Origin: Euglena gracilis
Lineage: Eukaryota
DNA: 64,000 bases
Direction: 5' to 3'
Assembly: GCA_039621445.1 (NCBI GenBank)
Contig: CP154954.1
Span: forward strand, 31,148,012-31,212,011
In this document: positions 1 to 14,340 of the stretch, one piece after another
Layout: each line of letters starts with the position of its first letter
How positions within the stretch are numbered: position 1 is the stretch's first letter
Translations under genes and position numbers: made by a program
Notes under the pieces: model-generated
What the model was told of the DNA's origin: nothing
What the model saw: the letters and a program-made list of their open reading frames with translations, nothing else
Databases searched by the model: none

Positions 1-3000
1 GCCTTGGAAGGAAGCTTAATAATCCTTAAAATTCTCAAAATGCCTTAAAAAACCCAAAAAATTTCAAAACCCCCCAAAAAAACGTAAAAGTTCTTGAAAA
101 TTTTCGCTTAAAATTATGAATGGTCACAGTTGGGCTGGTCCTGCATCTGCTGGGTGACTATCCTTTTTTCCCTGGTGATACACATTCTATGGCCCAGGAC
201 TAAACGGGTATCCCGACAACTCCCCCTCCCCATGAACCCAACGTCGACCTCCCTGCACATAATTTGTCGTCCATCTATGGTCTGTCACCCACTGCAGCGT
301 GAGCAATTGCGAATGCAGTGAAAGTGGAGGGATGGGAGAACCTGTACCAAGAGAAATTACCCCCCCCCCGGGCGCTTGGCCCGGGCCACGATTGAAGGTA
401 AGGCCAGGGGGCCAACCTTAGGGGGGCCAAGTTTGCATGTAAGGAGGAGGGGGTCCAAGCGCCCGGGGGAGGCATGCAGGTTTCTGGGGGGCAGGGGTGC
501 AGGACAGGGGAGTTCTGGGGATGGAGAGCCAGCGGCCTACGAATGGCAACGGCCCCAACCTCCACAGCAGGGGTCCTGTGGAAAAGAAGCCCACCAAACG
601 CGGTGCCAGGTGGGGGACAGCAGGGCGGGTAGGTCGGAAGGTACCAGGTATGCCGATGGGGAGACGGGAGGTAAGGCCGAGGGAGATAAATGGCAGGGCC
701 ACAGAGCGGGCCGCCTCACCCCTCTGTGTGGGGGGCGGTTGCCTGGCTGAACAGGGAGAGGACAAACTATGGCATCAAGGCAAAATTAAAGCGGACGTTG
801 AGCATGCACACACAAATAATGCACCTCACACAAAATAAAAAAGTCTTCGCAGATGGCCGGTCGAGTTGGAAGAAGATCTGTGGCACAGAAATACCACTTG
901 AGGTAATGCCTCTCGTCAGGGAGGTGAGGGCTGTTTGGCCGGCCACTGCAGTATGGGTCGCCGGCGGTAAACTGTGGTTGGCATCGGACAGAGGTGCGGC
1001 AGGGGCGAAGCTGAGATGGGGCCCACAACCAGGTGCAGGGGGTCGCTGAACGAGCCTCCCCCCCCCCCCAGAGGTCAGCTCAGTGGCCTAAAAAGTTGGG
1101 CTGCTGTCTCCCCCCGGTTGGTACTGGGCCCGACTGGGGTTCACATTGGAACCAAAAAAAAAGCAAAAAACCCAAACCCCCACACAATTTTTTCGACCCA
1201 ACAGGGCTGGGTAGCCCATCCTGGGCCCATTTTCCCACCCATTGTCGCACCTCGGAAAGCGAAACAGCCTGTCACCACCCTGCCAAGTGGACAGGAGTTT
1301 TAATTTTGTCGATAGGGGAGGGTGGCCAAAGGTTGGAAGACGGCTGCTAACTGGCTTGGCTTTCCCTGTGGGGGGATGGTGACACGGGAATGGTGTTCCG
1401 TCCGACACGAGCGACGCCGGGGCCAGGAGAGCCGTGGCCGGGCGGCACGTGTGACAGCGCCGCTCAGCCGGCGCCGCGCAGGCAGCGCAGGGGGAGGTTG
1501 GGATGCCATTTGGGTCTCAAACGGATCGGGCAGAGCCCACAGTGCGGAGGGGCTGGGCCCGAGGTCAGGGGATTCCTCTGGGTTATCCCTCTAGGGGCAG
1601 GGCGGGGGGTGGTGGCACCCCTGGGCCCCCCGTGGGATAATATGGGGGAGGGCATTTCTTTAAGAACCCAGGGGGGTTGCTGGGCAAGGGCGAGAAATTT
1701 GGGCTGGCCAGCCCCCCCCCCCTTAGTTGCACTAAGGCTTCTTGTCTGTTTATGGCGGGCGCTAACTTCGCTTCTGGCCCAGTTTGCTGCGTGGTGAGTG
1801 GCCAGGGACCCCTTACACCAGTCCTCTTTTGTTGCTCCCCCTGGCCGGGTGAGTAACTCTGGTGTAATTCCAGCGCTGTAGGGACATACACTCACCTTGT
1901 GTGGTTGGTGTGGTTCCCGTGGGTGGGTCTACACCCTTGCGCCCCAGTCCTGCTCTTGCCTCCTGCCCTCTTCCCACTTTTCTGTGTGGGGGCTGCATGG
2001 CGCAGGCTCAACGCCATGACTTGAAAAATTCCAATGTGGCCTCACGGTCCCGCGGCTTAGGTAAACCCGGGTCACCAAGTCTCGGCCTTAGGGCGGGTGG
2101 CGGGTGGGTAGTGTGCTGCTGGGTGCCAGTAATTCCTTACATACTGGTACCTGTGCTCCATGCCCTGTCCGGGGTTGGTTTGGGCGGTCCACTGCCTCGC
2201 GGGTGGGTCCCTCTCTGCTGACTTCCCCTTTGGGGTTGGGTTGCTGGGGGGTGCGCTCCTACTAGGCCGGCGCTCCTACTAGGCCGGCCAGCCCCCCCCT
2301 TCCGGGAGGGGGGCTGAACCTGGGCCGGGCTGGGCTCTGGGCTGAAATCAGACAACTGCCCCAAAAATGGCCCGCAAAAACACAGCGTTGGAAAAAAATG
2401 AGCTTCTCAACCCCAAAAAAACACGCCCAAAAGCACCCAAAACGCCATTTTGGCCATTTTGAACACCCGTTTAAATAATTTCGGCATGTTCCGCCACAAA
2501 TTTTCCGGCTTGGAGCCAGTAAAAAAAGGGGCTGGCTAGTTGGACTTGTAGCAACCCACCCGCGGGGGGGGGGGGGGTGCCGCATCAGGGCTGGACCAAA
2601 ATGGGGTTGGCTGCAGCAGCCCCCCTGGGGAGGGAAGGGGAATGCAAAACCTAAAATAGAGCTATGGTGGGCATATGTGTGGCTGGGGGATCCACCGCAA
2701 ACCATTGGAGTGGAGGTTGGGGGGGGGTCGCGTCCAGCTGGCCAGCTGTGGACAGGGTATAAAATGAAATAGTGGGAGGGGAGGGGGGGGCACAAAGGAA
2801 ATTATTTGAGCTTCGGGGCTGCAAAAAGTGCCCAGATTTGTGGTTTACGGCACCAAATCAACAAAAACAGATGACAAAAACATAAATTTTCCAGCGCAAA
2901 GCACCGGGAAGAATTTTTTTTGGTTCAGGGAGCCCCTGAACCATCGAAAAAAGGTGCTGCCTAGCTGGACCCCCAGGGGATGGGGTGCGGCTTGAAAAAA

Positions 3001-4724
3001 TCCCCTGCCGCAGACCCCCCCCCAAACCTAGAGGGGGGAGGGGTGGTCCGGACCCCCCCTCCCTTACAAGACCAATGCTCACTTAATACCCTGGCTGCGG
3101 CCGAGAACCAAAAAACACAGGGGGAGTGCCAGCACTTGCAGCCAAAGATCCGGCACATCGCCTTCATTTTCGGGCCGTGTTGCCCGGCTGGGCCCAACTT
3201 TGTTTCAGTCATCATTTGTGCAGTTGGACTTGGGGGGTTTAGTACGCTTGGAGCCAAGAAAGCCCCGGGGCAGGGTATGGAGTATGATGTGAGGTATGGG
3301 TGGGCTGGGCGGCTGCACAGGCGCAGTGAAATGGCTGCGGCACTCCCTCGGCCTTGGGAAGAAACTCCTGTAGGCACAGTAAACCGCCTCAGCCTCCAAG
3401 TGTGTGTGTGTGTGCGCGCGTGCGCGCGTGGCAACACACCCTCCCCCAGGCAGGTTAAAGGTTACAGGTTAAAGGGACCAAGCAAAATAACGTAAACAAC
3501 CCAAAAACAAAGATCACCAAGGCCACAAATAAGCGGTGGAAGCCAACATTAGAGGAGCCAAACTCGAGGAGGGGAAATGCCCCAATTGGAAAACCGCCTG
3601 GGGTGCAAACAATTGTTCACACTATTGTTCGTACCCATGCCTCTCTGGGAGATAGAGCATCTTTCTTTGGGGAAAATCTCAAAAAAAGGAAAATAGAGAA
3701 TATATATGGCAGCAAGATTTTATTTGGTCCTCCCCCCGGGGGGGGCAAATACAATCTCCTGGGGGGGTCAATTTTTTGCGTCATAGATGGAGTAGGGTTA
3801 GGGTTACAATTTAGGCCTGACCTTAGGCCTAACTTATAGATCAGTGCCAGGTGCACGAGTTAGGCCTAAAATTAGGCCGAACGACTAACTGTAACCCTAC
3901 TCCATCAATAACGCAAAAAAAATTGACCCGCCAGGAGATTTTAGTTGCCCCCCCCCCCCCCCCCCCGGGTAGGGGGTCAAATAAAATCTTGCTGGTCCCA
4001 ACTATGTGGCCCCCCACAAATAAATAAGGCAGCCATTGGTTACACGCCCCACCCCGGGGGGGTCGTATAACCAATCCAGGGGGGGGGGGGATCAAAATTT
4101 TTTTGTGTTACTGGTGGAATAGGGTTAGGGTTAGGGTTAGGAGTTCGGCCTAACTTTAGGCCTAACTTGTATACCTAACTCCAATCTATAAGTTAAGCTC
4201 AAAAATTTTGGTAATAATAACCCAAATAATCTTGGTAATAATTACCCAAAAAGACTGGTAATATGACCCCCACCACGAGGGGCATATAAGCAATAGCTGC
4301 CATATGTATGTAACCCCCCCCCCTAATAGTGCTGCGGGGCCAATAGAGCTGCGGGTCCAAATAGTGCGGCACACCCCGCCGCCGGAGGCGGCCGTCCAAT
4401 AGTGCGGCACCCCCCCAAAACATAGCAATGTGAAATGCGTAGAAGCCGGTGCAACCAACTGCAGGCAGCTTTCGTAACCCGCAGAGAGGGGAAAGGGGGC
4501 AAATTCCCACCCGAACAACTCACGGAAGTCGTCCGAAGTTGAAACACACGACCTCACTAGCCTCAGAGTAGGGCATTGAGCAGGCAAACAGGGTGTCTGT
4601 GGTGATGGGCTGGGACCAAGAGGCACCCAGTCCAATAGTGCGGCGGGTCCAAATAGTGCTGCACCCCCCGCCGCCGGAAGCGGCCGTCCAATAGTGCGGC
4701 AGTGCAATACTATTTGGGGGGGTT

Positions 4725-4764
4725 TATGTATGTATGTATGTATGTATGTATGTATGTATGTATG

Positions 4765-4798
<34 letters not shown>

Positions 4799-5074
4799 TG
4801 TATGTATGTATGTATGTATGTATGTATGTATGTATGTATGTATGTATGTATGTATGTATGTATGTATGTATGTATGTATGTATGTATGTATGTATGTATG
4901 TATGTATGTATGTATGTATGTATGTATGTATGTATGTATGTATGTATGTATGTATGTATGTATGTATGTATGTATGTATGTATGTATGTATGTATGTATG
5001 TATGTATGTATGTATGTATGTATGTATGCATGTATGTATGTATGTATGTATGTATGTATATGTACGTATGTATG
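4725..5074. repeat. (TATG)n microsatellite
   Basis: About 350 bp, near-perfect tetranucleotide array. Confidence 0.98.
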
Positions 5075-5479
5075 TGTTTCAAGAATCTTTCCAAAACAAC
5101 ATCAAAGAGAATGTGTATCTGCTCTTTGTGGAGAATGGGGTGGAACTCACGCCTCCTGCAAAATATAGCCATAAATTATAATTTTGGTGTACTCCTGGCA
5201 CCTGGCCTGAGTCAATTTTAAATGAAAATCCATAGGGTTGAATATCAGGGGGGGACACAAATGCACACTGCAGATATCAGCAAGCCATATAAAAAAAATA
5301 AGCAGCCCAAAAGGTTGGAGGGGGAAGATAGACAATCAGGGCAAGAGTCGAACGATTGGGGAACTTGGAAGGGTCCAGGGGGGGGGCGGCTCAGACGCTT
5401 GGGGGAACATGCCTGCCGAGGGGGGGAAGAACATAACATTTTGGTTTGGTAATACGCACACGCACAGACACCCACCCAC

Positions 5480-8400
5480 AGACCCAGTTGAGGAGACCGG
5501 CACGACTTGGAAGACCCAGGGAGGGAGGCGGGGGTTGGGCGTAGCCGGCAGCCTTCCCTGCGGCCACCTCCAGCGCGCCGACGATTAGTTTGGCTGTTTT
5601 GGATTGGGTTCTCAGGGGCCGGCCAGGGCGCGGCTCGTGTTGAGGGGACTGGCCACGCCGCGCTGTGCGGCGGCCCAACGTTGGGCGGCAGAGGACCCGC
5701 AGGGCAACCGGGATGTCCCTTGCCAGTGCAATACGCCCCCTGCAGGGTTTCAAAGTGGGCACACGGGCAGGGGAAAAAAGCCCCGAAAGATTTAAAAAAA
5801 AACACCGTAAAAAATTGCAAAGAATCTGCAAAGAGGATGAATCGCCCCGCAGCGTGAACAAAAACTTGCTGCAGGGAACTTGCAGAAAAATTACCATTCT
5901 GCCTTTCTCCCCCCAAAAAAATCTGACTGGCAGATGAAATACTGTAAATAAAAAATGGAAAAAAATGCACAATCCAGAATTTAATGGGTTTTGTTGTTTT
6001 TTTCCGAAAAGCACTGCAAAGAAAAATTGCACAAAAACCACACAGCCACAATCACTTTATGCGGCTTTCGGGCTGGACCAGGGTTTGATATAAGGACAGG
6101 TGGGGGGGTGGTCCGGACCCCCCCCCCCCTGCAGGCCAGGAGGGGGGGTGGGAGGGACACCCCCCCACCCAAACAGTGGCGTGGTCCGGGTGACCGAAAA
6201 TTTTTGACCCCCCAAAACGACCCAAAGTGCCATTTTGGACACTTTTTCGGCAAAAATTTGCCAAAAATGCAAAAAAAAATTTCGGCTCAAAGCGCCGGAG
6301 GAAAAAATTGACCCTTTTTGCGGGGGGTCCTGGGTCCCCCCCCCAGACCCCCCTGGCAGGTGGGGGGGGTCCGGACCCCCTCCTGCAGGCCAGGAGGGGG
6401 GGGGACACCCCCCCCACCTAAACCATGTACGCCCTCCTTATATCAAACCCTGGGCTGGACCTGACGCCCGGGCTTTCGGGCTTTCCCAGACTCCCGTCCC
6501 CACTGATGCCAGGGGTTCCCTGCGGCGGGCAACAGAACACGTCAACTATTCACAGAAAAAAGAAAAAAGAGGGAAAAAACAAAAAAAAAAAAAAAATTCA
6601 TTGTAGGACTGGGCCGACCCGCGGTACCCCAGCAGTGGCGGCGGCAAACTGGGGGACGGGACTGGGGAGCGTGTGCACCTGGCTCAGGGCCCGGGGCCCG
6701 GAAAAACGCCACAGGATGAATGAATGACGCCTTTCCCAAAACTCAGGAGTGGCAAAAAAAATACTGGGAGGTTTGGGTCCGTCAGGCATGCGCGGCAGCA
6801 AGCCGGGAGGGTTTGGTGCACACGGCTGGGAATATTGGAGTACTCTGGAACGCCTGCCTTCAAACGTGCTAAACCCGCCCCCCCCCCCCCCAACAACAAC
6901 CTGGCGGGACCGTTGCCCCTGGCAATGGCCAAATAACTTGGCGGAGGGGGGGGGGGGGAGGGGCAAAAAAGAAGGTTCCAGTAACTTGGCACCCCCTTTT
7001 ACGTCAAAATTCCTTAACGACGCTGAGAAAATGGCTCAAATAAACTGGCAGGGGACAGGGCCAAAAGTTGGTTCCAATAAACCTGGCACCCCACCAGGCT
7101 ATTTGGGGGGTTAACCCAACGGGCCAATGCAAATTTTCTGTGTTGATTCCTTCTCGCGTGATATTCCTTTGGCCTGACAGCGTTGACAGAAAGACTGGAA
7201 AAATGAAGTTAGATGTGACACGAGAATACCAATGAGGGATATCTCAAAATTCTTCCGCTTGTTAAGCGGATTCGTGATGCCGGCATTCGCAAGCCAAACA
7301 CCAGGAGCACTTTTCTCAATTCCCGTTGCCGCTGGCCAGACCGACTGCGGCCTGAATGCCTTCTTGTGGCCAGCCGCATCCATTGACACATGCTCGACTT
7401 CGAGGCATGGGCTTCATCCTCATGTGCCATGCCCCCTGCCATTTGCGGTGGCCATGCAGACTGAGACGCAGGGCTCGGGACAAAGGGGGGGGGGACACCA
7501 CTGGCTCTCACTTCCCAGGCCGGCCCAGTGGGGGCAAGGCAGTCCCAGCCAGCATCCCTGTGGCATATGGGGCCCGGGTGGTTTGGGTGGGCAGTGGACC
7601 ACTGCTGGCGAGGCGCGGTGTAACAGAAAAGCTAAACCTCCCCAAATGATCCCCTGGGGTATTATTTTTTTGCCTGTCCCGGCCCGAGGGGGAGCATTAT
7701 TTGGGGGGGGGGGGTGATAACACCCCAAAAATTTCGAAATTTTTCGAAGTCCTTTCGAAGTCCCATGGAACCCCAAAATAGCTCCTAAAATCTCCCTTTG
7801 GGGTCATTTTTTTGTACTTTCTCATTAAATTTAGCATCTTTGGAGGCTAGATGATCCAGAAAAAATCGATTTTTTCGTAATTTGTTGTCAGAGATTGTGA
7901 TTTTGCCTACATTTTCAGGTCAAAATCCAGGTCGGCGGCCCGAAATTGGGGGGGGGGTATTAACTCGGTCCCCGAAGTCGGACCCCGAGGGGGGGGGGGT
8001 ATTATTTGGGGGGGGGTATTATTTGGGGGGAGGGTTTACCAAAAAAAAAGCAAAGAGAGGGAGGGACACCCTCAGCAGTGGTGGCGGGGGATATAGTAGA
8101 GAGGGGGTCGTGGTGCCTGAATGGCACATCGTATTACTGTGGCGGTGTGGCGGGGGCCTGAAGCGGTGCCGGAGGCAATTTTGTGGCCATGATTTTTCGG
8201 AAGCCCTGTGTTGCCCACTCCTTTTGAGCCACCGGTGACAATAATCGTCGACGATGGCAAACGTCTTTTGCAGGTTGGCAACAGTAAACCAAAGGCAAAC
8301 GAGCAACCACATGCTTTTTTATACCCTTCAACACCCGCATTGACAGCCAACATTCATTGTTTTTGAACACCCCAAACCCTGCAACTGTACGGGTCATCTG

Positions 8401-9505
8401 AAACTGTTGTGTTGTAATGTTTCATTATTTTACTCTATTGCGGTTCTCTGGCTTCTTCTCGTGGTCCCCTGTGAATATGTTCTGACCCAGTTTTGCAGAA
8501 GGCTGTGAGCATCCTTTACAGGTCCCCATAACAAACACTACGCTCCTCTCGTTGCAAAAGGGCCTCATCTTGTTCCTTCTCTTCTTGGTCTTTCTCCAAA
8601 CGTGGGGAGGTGGACCTCTGACCCTGGGTCTTCTTAAGGACCCCGGGGGGGGGGGCCTGCGGGCCGGCTCGAAAAGGTGCTGGCTGGAAAAAGGTGCTGG
8701 CTGGGGTCCAAGGGGAGGGGGTCCAGCCAGCTGGGAGCTAAACCTGGCAGGTCCCCAAAAAATGTCCAAATCCAGCTGGGTTGGCATTTTCAGCCAAAAC
8801 GAGGAGGTGAAGACCCAAAAACCACCATTTGCCATTTTGGACAAAAATGCCATTTGAGGCCATTTTTGACCCCCTTCTTGCACTAAAAAAAACTTTTTCG
8901 GTCCAGCACGGCTTTGCCGGGATACCCCGAACTTTACTGGGGGGGTTTCGGCCTGGCTAGGAGCTGCTGGAAAAAAAAAGGTGCTGGCTGGCTGGACCCC
9001 CCACAGGGGTAGGGTCCGTTCTGGCGTAAGAAAACCCCTGATCTCAACACCAACATCAGAGCAGACAGAGCCAAGGTGGAGGGCAGCCTTGCCTGGAACA
9101 GGAAGCCACCCCAGGACCACCAACTCTAATATCCACGCGTTCATGTACATTTGCAATCTGAATGGCCACTGCACACATGCACAATGGTCACCCATTGCGC
9201 GCAATGCATGACCGTTGAGCTTGTGCACAATGGGTCACAGATGCCGCTGGGCTTATAAGAACCCCTCCGGTGTTACAATATGGCCTTAATTTTTTGGGAA
9301 ATGTATGTCTCCGAGCGTTGAAGCCCGTGGTTTTGAAACTTTTTTTAAAAAAATAATTCAAAAATTCCCTGGGTCTCAACACCATCAGAGGCCAAAACCA
9401 ACAGAGGGTGGCCAAAGGAACAAAAGAATCAAAAGGATGGGTTGCACAGCTGTTCCCACCCATCAGAAGCCGATTTGTTTCAAAACGGCTTTTCGGAAAA
9501 AAAAA

Positions 9506-9537
<32 letters not shown>

Positions 9538-12500
9538 AAAAGGGCCTTAAAAAAGCCGTTTCGCCATTGGCAAAACGGAAAAAAGCCATTTCGCCATTGG
9601 CAAAACGGCAAAAAAGCCGTTTCGCCACCAGAGAAACGGCGAAAAAGCTGTTTCGCCATTGGCAAAACGGCGAAAAAGCCGTTTTGCCAGCCAAATGTCA
9701 GAAAAGTGGCAAAAAAGCCGAAAAGCCAAAATGAAACACATACGGGTGGGAACAGCCGGGTTTTCAAAAAAGCCAAACATTGCACACATTGCGCAATGGA
9801 AATGAGGACACAAGCCAGTGCCTGGGGCTCCAATGCAGACAAAAGAAGGACTGAAATGGGATCACCCATAGACACGGTGTGCAGAAGAACCCATTTGCAA
9901 ATGGCCACTTTCGCTGTCGTGCTGACCCTCATTTTTGTGTGATGGCAATGTCCTCGCATTGTCCTGAACGTCTTGCGCTATTGTCACTGTCCCATTGTAT
10001 GTATTTTGACCCTTGACAGATCCCATTTGTTGCTCTTCTTTACAATCCTCCCTTTGTATCTCATTCCTTAAATTCAAAATCAGTGATCAGCATCCAATTA
10101 TTTCAGTACTTTTTGAACGGGGGATTGTTTCTCTTGGTTGGTTGCATTACTTTAAGTTGTCTGAAAAAATGAGGCTTCGCACAAATACACACACGCACCC
10201 ACCCACGCACGCACGCACGCACGCAAGGATGCACGCACGCATGCACGGACGCACGCACGCGCGCACACACACACGCATGCGCGCGCGATAAAATAGGACG
10301 TCCCCCGGAAGCGTCCGCTGCACCGCATCAACCGGAAATAAAGCAACAGAAGGGCAGTCGCTCAATCTGCTCAGGCAATGGCTCGCCGTTGCTTCCGCTT
10401 GTTCTTCCAAGCCCTGAGGAGGGGAGGGGTGGCACAAGCCGAAAACCAGGAACCAGCTGCAAATGCATGTGCAAAGAAAGTGCATTTTGGCCAACATCAA
10501 AAAAAGGAATGCATTTGTTTACTCCCTTCATGAATATTACCGTGTTAACTGGAAATGTTTTATGAATGTTGCAGAAATGTGCAAGCGCAGCAAAATTTCA
10601 AATGTGACTAACAAGCACCCACCCGCATAATCTCGTAGCATAATCTTGTGGGACGCTCACTGCTCATCAGCCCTTGGACTTTTGCGAGTGTGCGGTGCCA
10701 GCACACGCCACCCACCTGTTGCCCCCCGGGCCCTCCAGGGACAGGTCCAGCGCGCTGGCGAAGTGCTCCACGGTCAGGCCCTCCTCTTGGGGGCAGGCTT
10801 CCTTTCCCGAAGGGGCCGAGGGGGAAGGGGGTTGGCAGGACGGCCACGTCAGGGACGAGGTGTGGCCCCGTATCCACCAGACGTTTCATAGGACGCGAAG
10901 GGGGCTGGCGCCTGCTCACCCACCCACCTGACCCACCTGTTGTGGGGGGGGGGCTCAGTGGCATAGCATAGCATACCTAGCATAGCATGGCATGGCATAG
11001 CATGGCATAGCATAGCATAGCACAGCACAGCATAGCATAGTACAGCATAGCATGGCATAGCACAGCACAGCATAGCATAGCATAGTACAGCATAGCATGG
11101 CATTGCATGGCATGGCATAGCACAGCATAGTATGGCATTGCATGGCATAGCATAGCACAGCATGGCATTGCATGGTTTAGCATTGCATAGCATAGCATAG
11201 CATAGCATAGCACAGCATAGCATAGCTAGCATAGCATGGCATGGCATTGCATGGCATAGCACAGCACAGCATGGCATAGCACAGCATAGCACAGCATAGC
11301 ACAGCATAGCATAACATGGCATAGGGTGAACCCCCATCCCAGGCAGGGCAGAACGGGAAGGCCTGGTGGGGGGGGTCGACCCCCCCCCACCCAGGAGGTG
11401 GGGGGTGATGGACCCCCCCCACCCACCCACCACAGCATTTGCACCAATTTCGGGGAAACGGGGATATTGGCCAGAAAAATTTTGAACTTTTTTTTTGAAA
11501 AATGAACCCAAAACACATGATTTTTTGATGGAAAACCACATTTTTTTCACAAAAAATCTCAAAAAATTCAGGGTTAAAAATTGGTAGTTTTTAGGAGGGG
11601 AGTAAAAAAAAAAAAACGAAGCTCAAAAAAAAAAAACGGACAAAAATTTGGCACAGTCCAATTTTACTGATATTTTTTTCTCTTGGATTTTTTTTGATTT
11701 TCAATGGCTTTTTTTGCATCAAAAACCACTCAAAATCAAAATTTCGAGAAAATGTTGATATTTTGGAAGGTGTGAAAAAATTCGGTTTTGGGGGGGGTTT
11801 GGGGGGACCTCGTGTATGGGTCCCAAAATGGGTCAAAAAAACACCCGGCACCGAAGGCGCCAGGAAATTTTTTTGGGGTCCAAAAATTGGTGCCACCAGA
11901 ACAACGGGAAGAGGTGGTGGGGGGGGTCGACCCCCCCCACCACACCATGCAGGGGGTGGGGGTGGTCCCCCCCCACCCACCACCCTGGCCGCGAGGCCGT
12001 TTCCCGTTCTGCCCTGATCCCAGGTCACCCACTTGGCCAACCCCCAGATACCCCTGAGGGGGGGCAACCTACCCAGGGCCCACTGTTAAAAAAAAAACCC
12101 ATAATATCGACTCTGACTCTGACTCGTAACCTAGAATCAGGAGAGGGGTTGGAAGGTGATGAATGCTTGGAAGGAAACATGCGAAAAGTGAGAAAATGGG
12201 CAAAATCCACAAAAGCTGGGGGAGGAGCACCAAACAAACCCCTGCAAACACAAATCCCCAAAGTTGCGGGCAGTGAAACTCTTCTAAAAACACAGGGAGC
12301 TGGAAAGCTGTGGGGATTGTTCAGAATAGGACAGAAAATACGGCGCAACATTGTATATGTTTGAACTCAAAAAATGCAATCCCTAAAATCCCCAAAAATG
12401 TGCGAAAAACCTCCTAGAAAGATATTGCCGAGGGACGAAAAATGCTCGGGGCATCACCCTCCAAAAACGCCTCGCGCCGGAAAAAAGGAACGCTGCACGG

Positions 12501-14340
12501 GCGACCCCCGCCGGCGGACAGCTGAGGGACTCGTGTTCGAAGACGTCGTCCTGGCGCAGCATCCCTGGGAGGGGGTTGGGGGTGGGCGGAGGCCGCAGGT
12601 CACGAAGACCGTCACTGAGACAGGGTTTGGCTTGAGGGCCCGGGGTCGAGCCTTTGCAATGATTGACCGACCCCCCCCTGGGAATTGAGGAATTGAGGGG
12701 TTTGGGGAAAGCCCAGGCAGTCCCGCTGAAGACAAAAAAAAAGCCAGGCAGCCGCCCCCTCTCCCGGGGGGGGGGGGGTCAGAAAAGCGATTGTTTCTCT
12801 CAATTCTGAGCTTCTTTGGCTGAACTCTGACACTCACAATTGTGTTCTAATTAAAGACCAGGGAGTGGGGGGTCCCCACCCACTCTGGGGGGGGGGGGTT
12901 GGGAGAGGGAGCTTTTTGTTTTCTTTTTTAAGAAAAGACACCTAGGGATAGGTTTTGTAAACAAATTGAAATACTTGATTGACTCCCCTAATCACCATCA
13001 AATGCATATAGAAAAATCAGACCCATTTTTTTTAAATGGGGGGAACGAGGACAGAAAGAGAGTTTTCACAAGATTTCTTGGGTGCAAACTCCTCTTTGTT
13101 TCATAGTGAAAATTACACCTGTTTGCTTGTAGTGCTTTTTTTATTCTCATCGTGTTTTTAAACACATAATTTTGCTTGTTTTGTTTGAAAAAATAACGGG
13201 TTTTTTGTATGTGTCTTACTTTATTTCTTTAAAGCTTCATGACGTATTGGGGATAAGAATTACCATAAAATTTTCAGAACAAGAATGGGCATGTATAATT
13301 GATTTCAAAGAATTGATCCAGCCGTGCTTTGAAATCTTTGGTATTCTCTATATGCAAAATGCTGGAACAGTGCGCGACACTACATTTTTTGAAACTGCCT
13401 CAACAAAATCAGGGGTTTTTCAACAAAATTGTGCCAGCATCTTCACCCTCAGCAAGCTCCCGAACCGAAAGTTTCTTAAATCCTTGTCTGTTTCGAGGAA
13501 GGAGGAGCCTCCCCCTCCCCCACGTTGTTGGGCTTCCCAGATATCCCTGCCCCTGTGGGTTAGTTGGGACTCAGCCATTCAATCGTTGGACTTTAAAAAA
13601 GCCAAACTTCTTGTCCAGCAGAAAAATTCAATTCTAAATGCAATATAAAAATAATAAATACAATATCAAAAATCTGTCTGTGCTGTTTAAAATGCTTTCA
13701 TTTAATTTTCCTGTTCTTTTATGCATTTTTAATTCTTAAAAAAAAAGCGGAAAACTTATAATTCATGGGGAAACGCTTCATCGTCGCATTGCTGCACACA
13801 GTGGTATGCAGTGCCCGACAATATGCACCAATCGAATCTCAGAAACAAACTTCACTGTGCAAAAAAAGACCTGTAAAAATATTCTCTCCTGTTTGAATCA
13901 GGACAAATTGTGCATTGCATAATGTGCATTTCTCACACCCCAGAGTGCATTTCGCCCGCCACACCTTGCACGCTGTCCCAGAAGGACTGCGGAATGCCGT
14001 CGCTGCTGTTACCGATGGAAGAGAGGCTCTTGGTCGGGGACGTGGCGTAAAATGCTCCATCTGTCCCATCTGGATATTGCAACCCCTTGGCCCTGAGAGA
14101 GAGGGGAGGGAGGAGACATGAAAAGTGGTCTGTTTTGGAGACATGCTGCACCTTTGGACCCCAGCAACGCCGCCGAAACGGAAGAGTTGGAGGGGAGCTC
14201 GCATCCCCTTCCAGTTTTGGAATTTTTCATGTCTGGGGGGTTGTATTGGGGATCAAGAGACCTGGTTTCACAGCTGGTTTCCAGGGATTGAATGGCAAAA
14301 CTTGACCAGAGCATCAGATGACCACATGGGGTCCCTGCTG
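5480..14340 (-). CDS. Possible multi-exon hypothetical gene; exon chain not resolved
   Basis: Scattered minus-strand segments look coding and some are flanked by AG/GT: ~14262-14335 and ~13970-14093 (RAKGLQYPDGTDGAFYATSPTKSLSSIG; frames compatible across one GT-AG intron), ~12520-12565 (MLRQDDVFEHESL), ~10735-10787 (EGLTVEHFASALDLSLE), ~5545-5590 (IVGALEVAAGKAAGYAQ). No family recognised. Confidence 0.2.
6079..6452. mobile_element. hAT-like MITE
   Basis: 17-bp TIR CAGGGTTTGATATAAGG; 8-bp TSD GGCTGGAC at 6071-6078 and 6453-6460. Confidence 0.88.
9550..9690. repeat. ~29-bp tandem repeat AAAAAGCCGTTTCGCCATTGGCAAAACGG
   Basis: About 4-5 copies following a long poly-A tract. Confidence 0.85.
10961..11323. 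repeat. (GCATA/GCATG/GCACA)n pentanucleotide satellite
   Basis: Directly visible. Confidence 0.95.
11344..12016. mobile_element. hAT-like MITE (second copy ~56778-57374)
   Basis: 16-bp TIR CAGGGCAGAACGGGAA; TSD ATCCCAGG on both sides. Confidence 0.88.

Noticed and set aside
4186-5221. Long ORFs (328, 175, 159 aa) of HTYI/MYVC repeats
   Set aside because: They are translations of the (TATG)n microsatellite.
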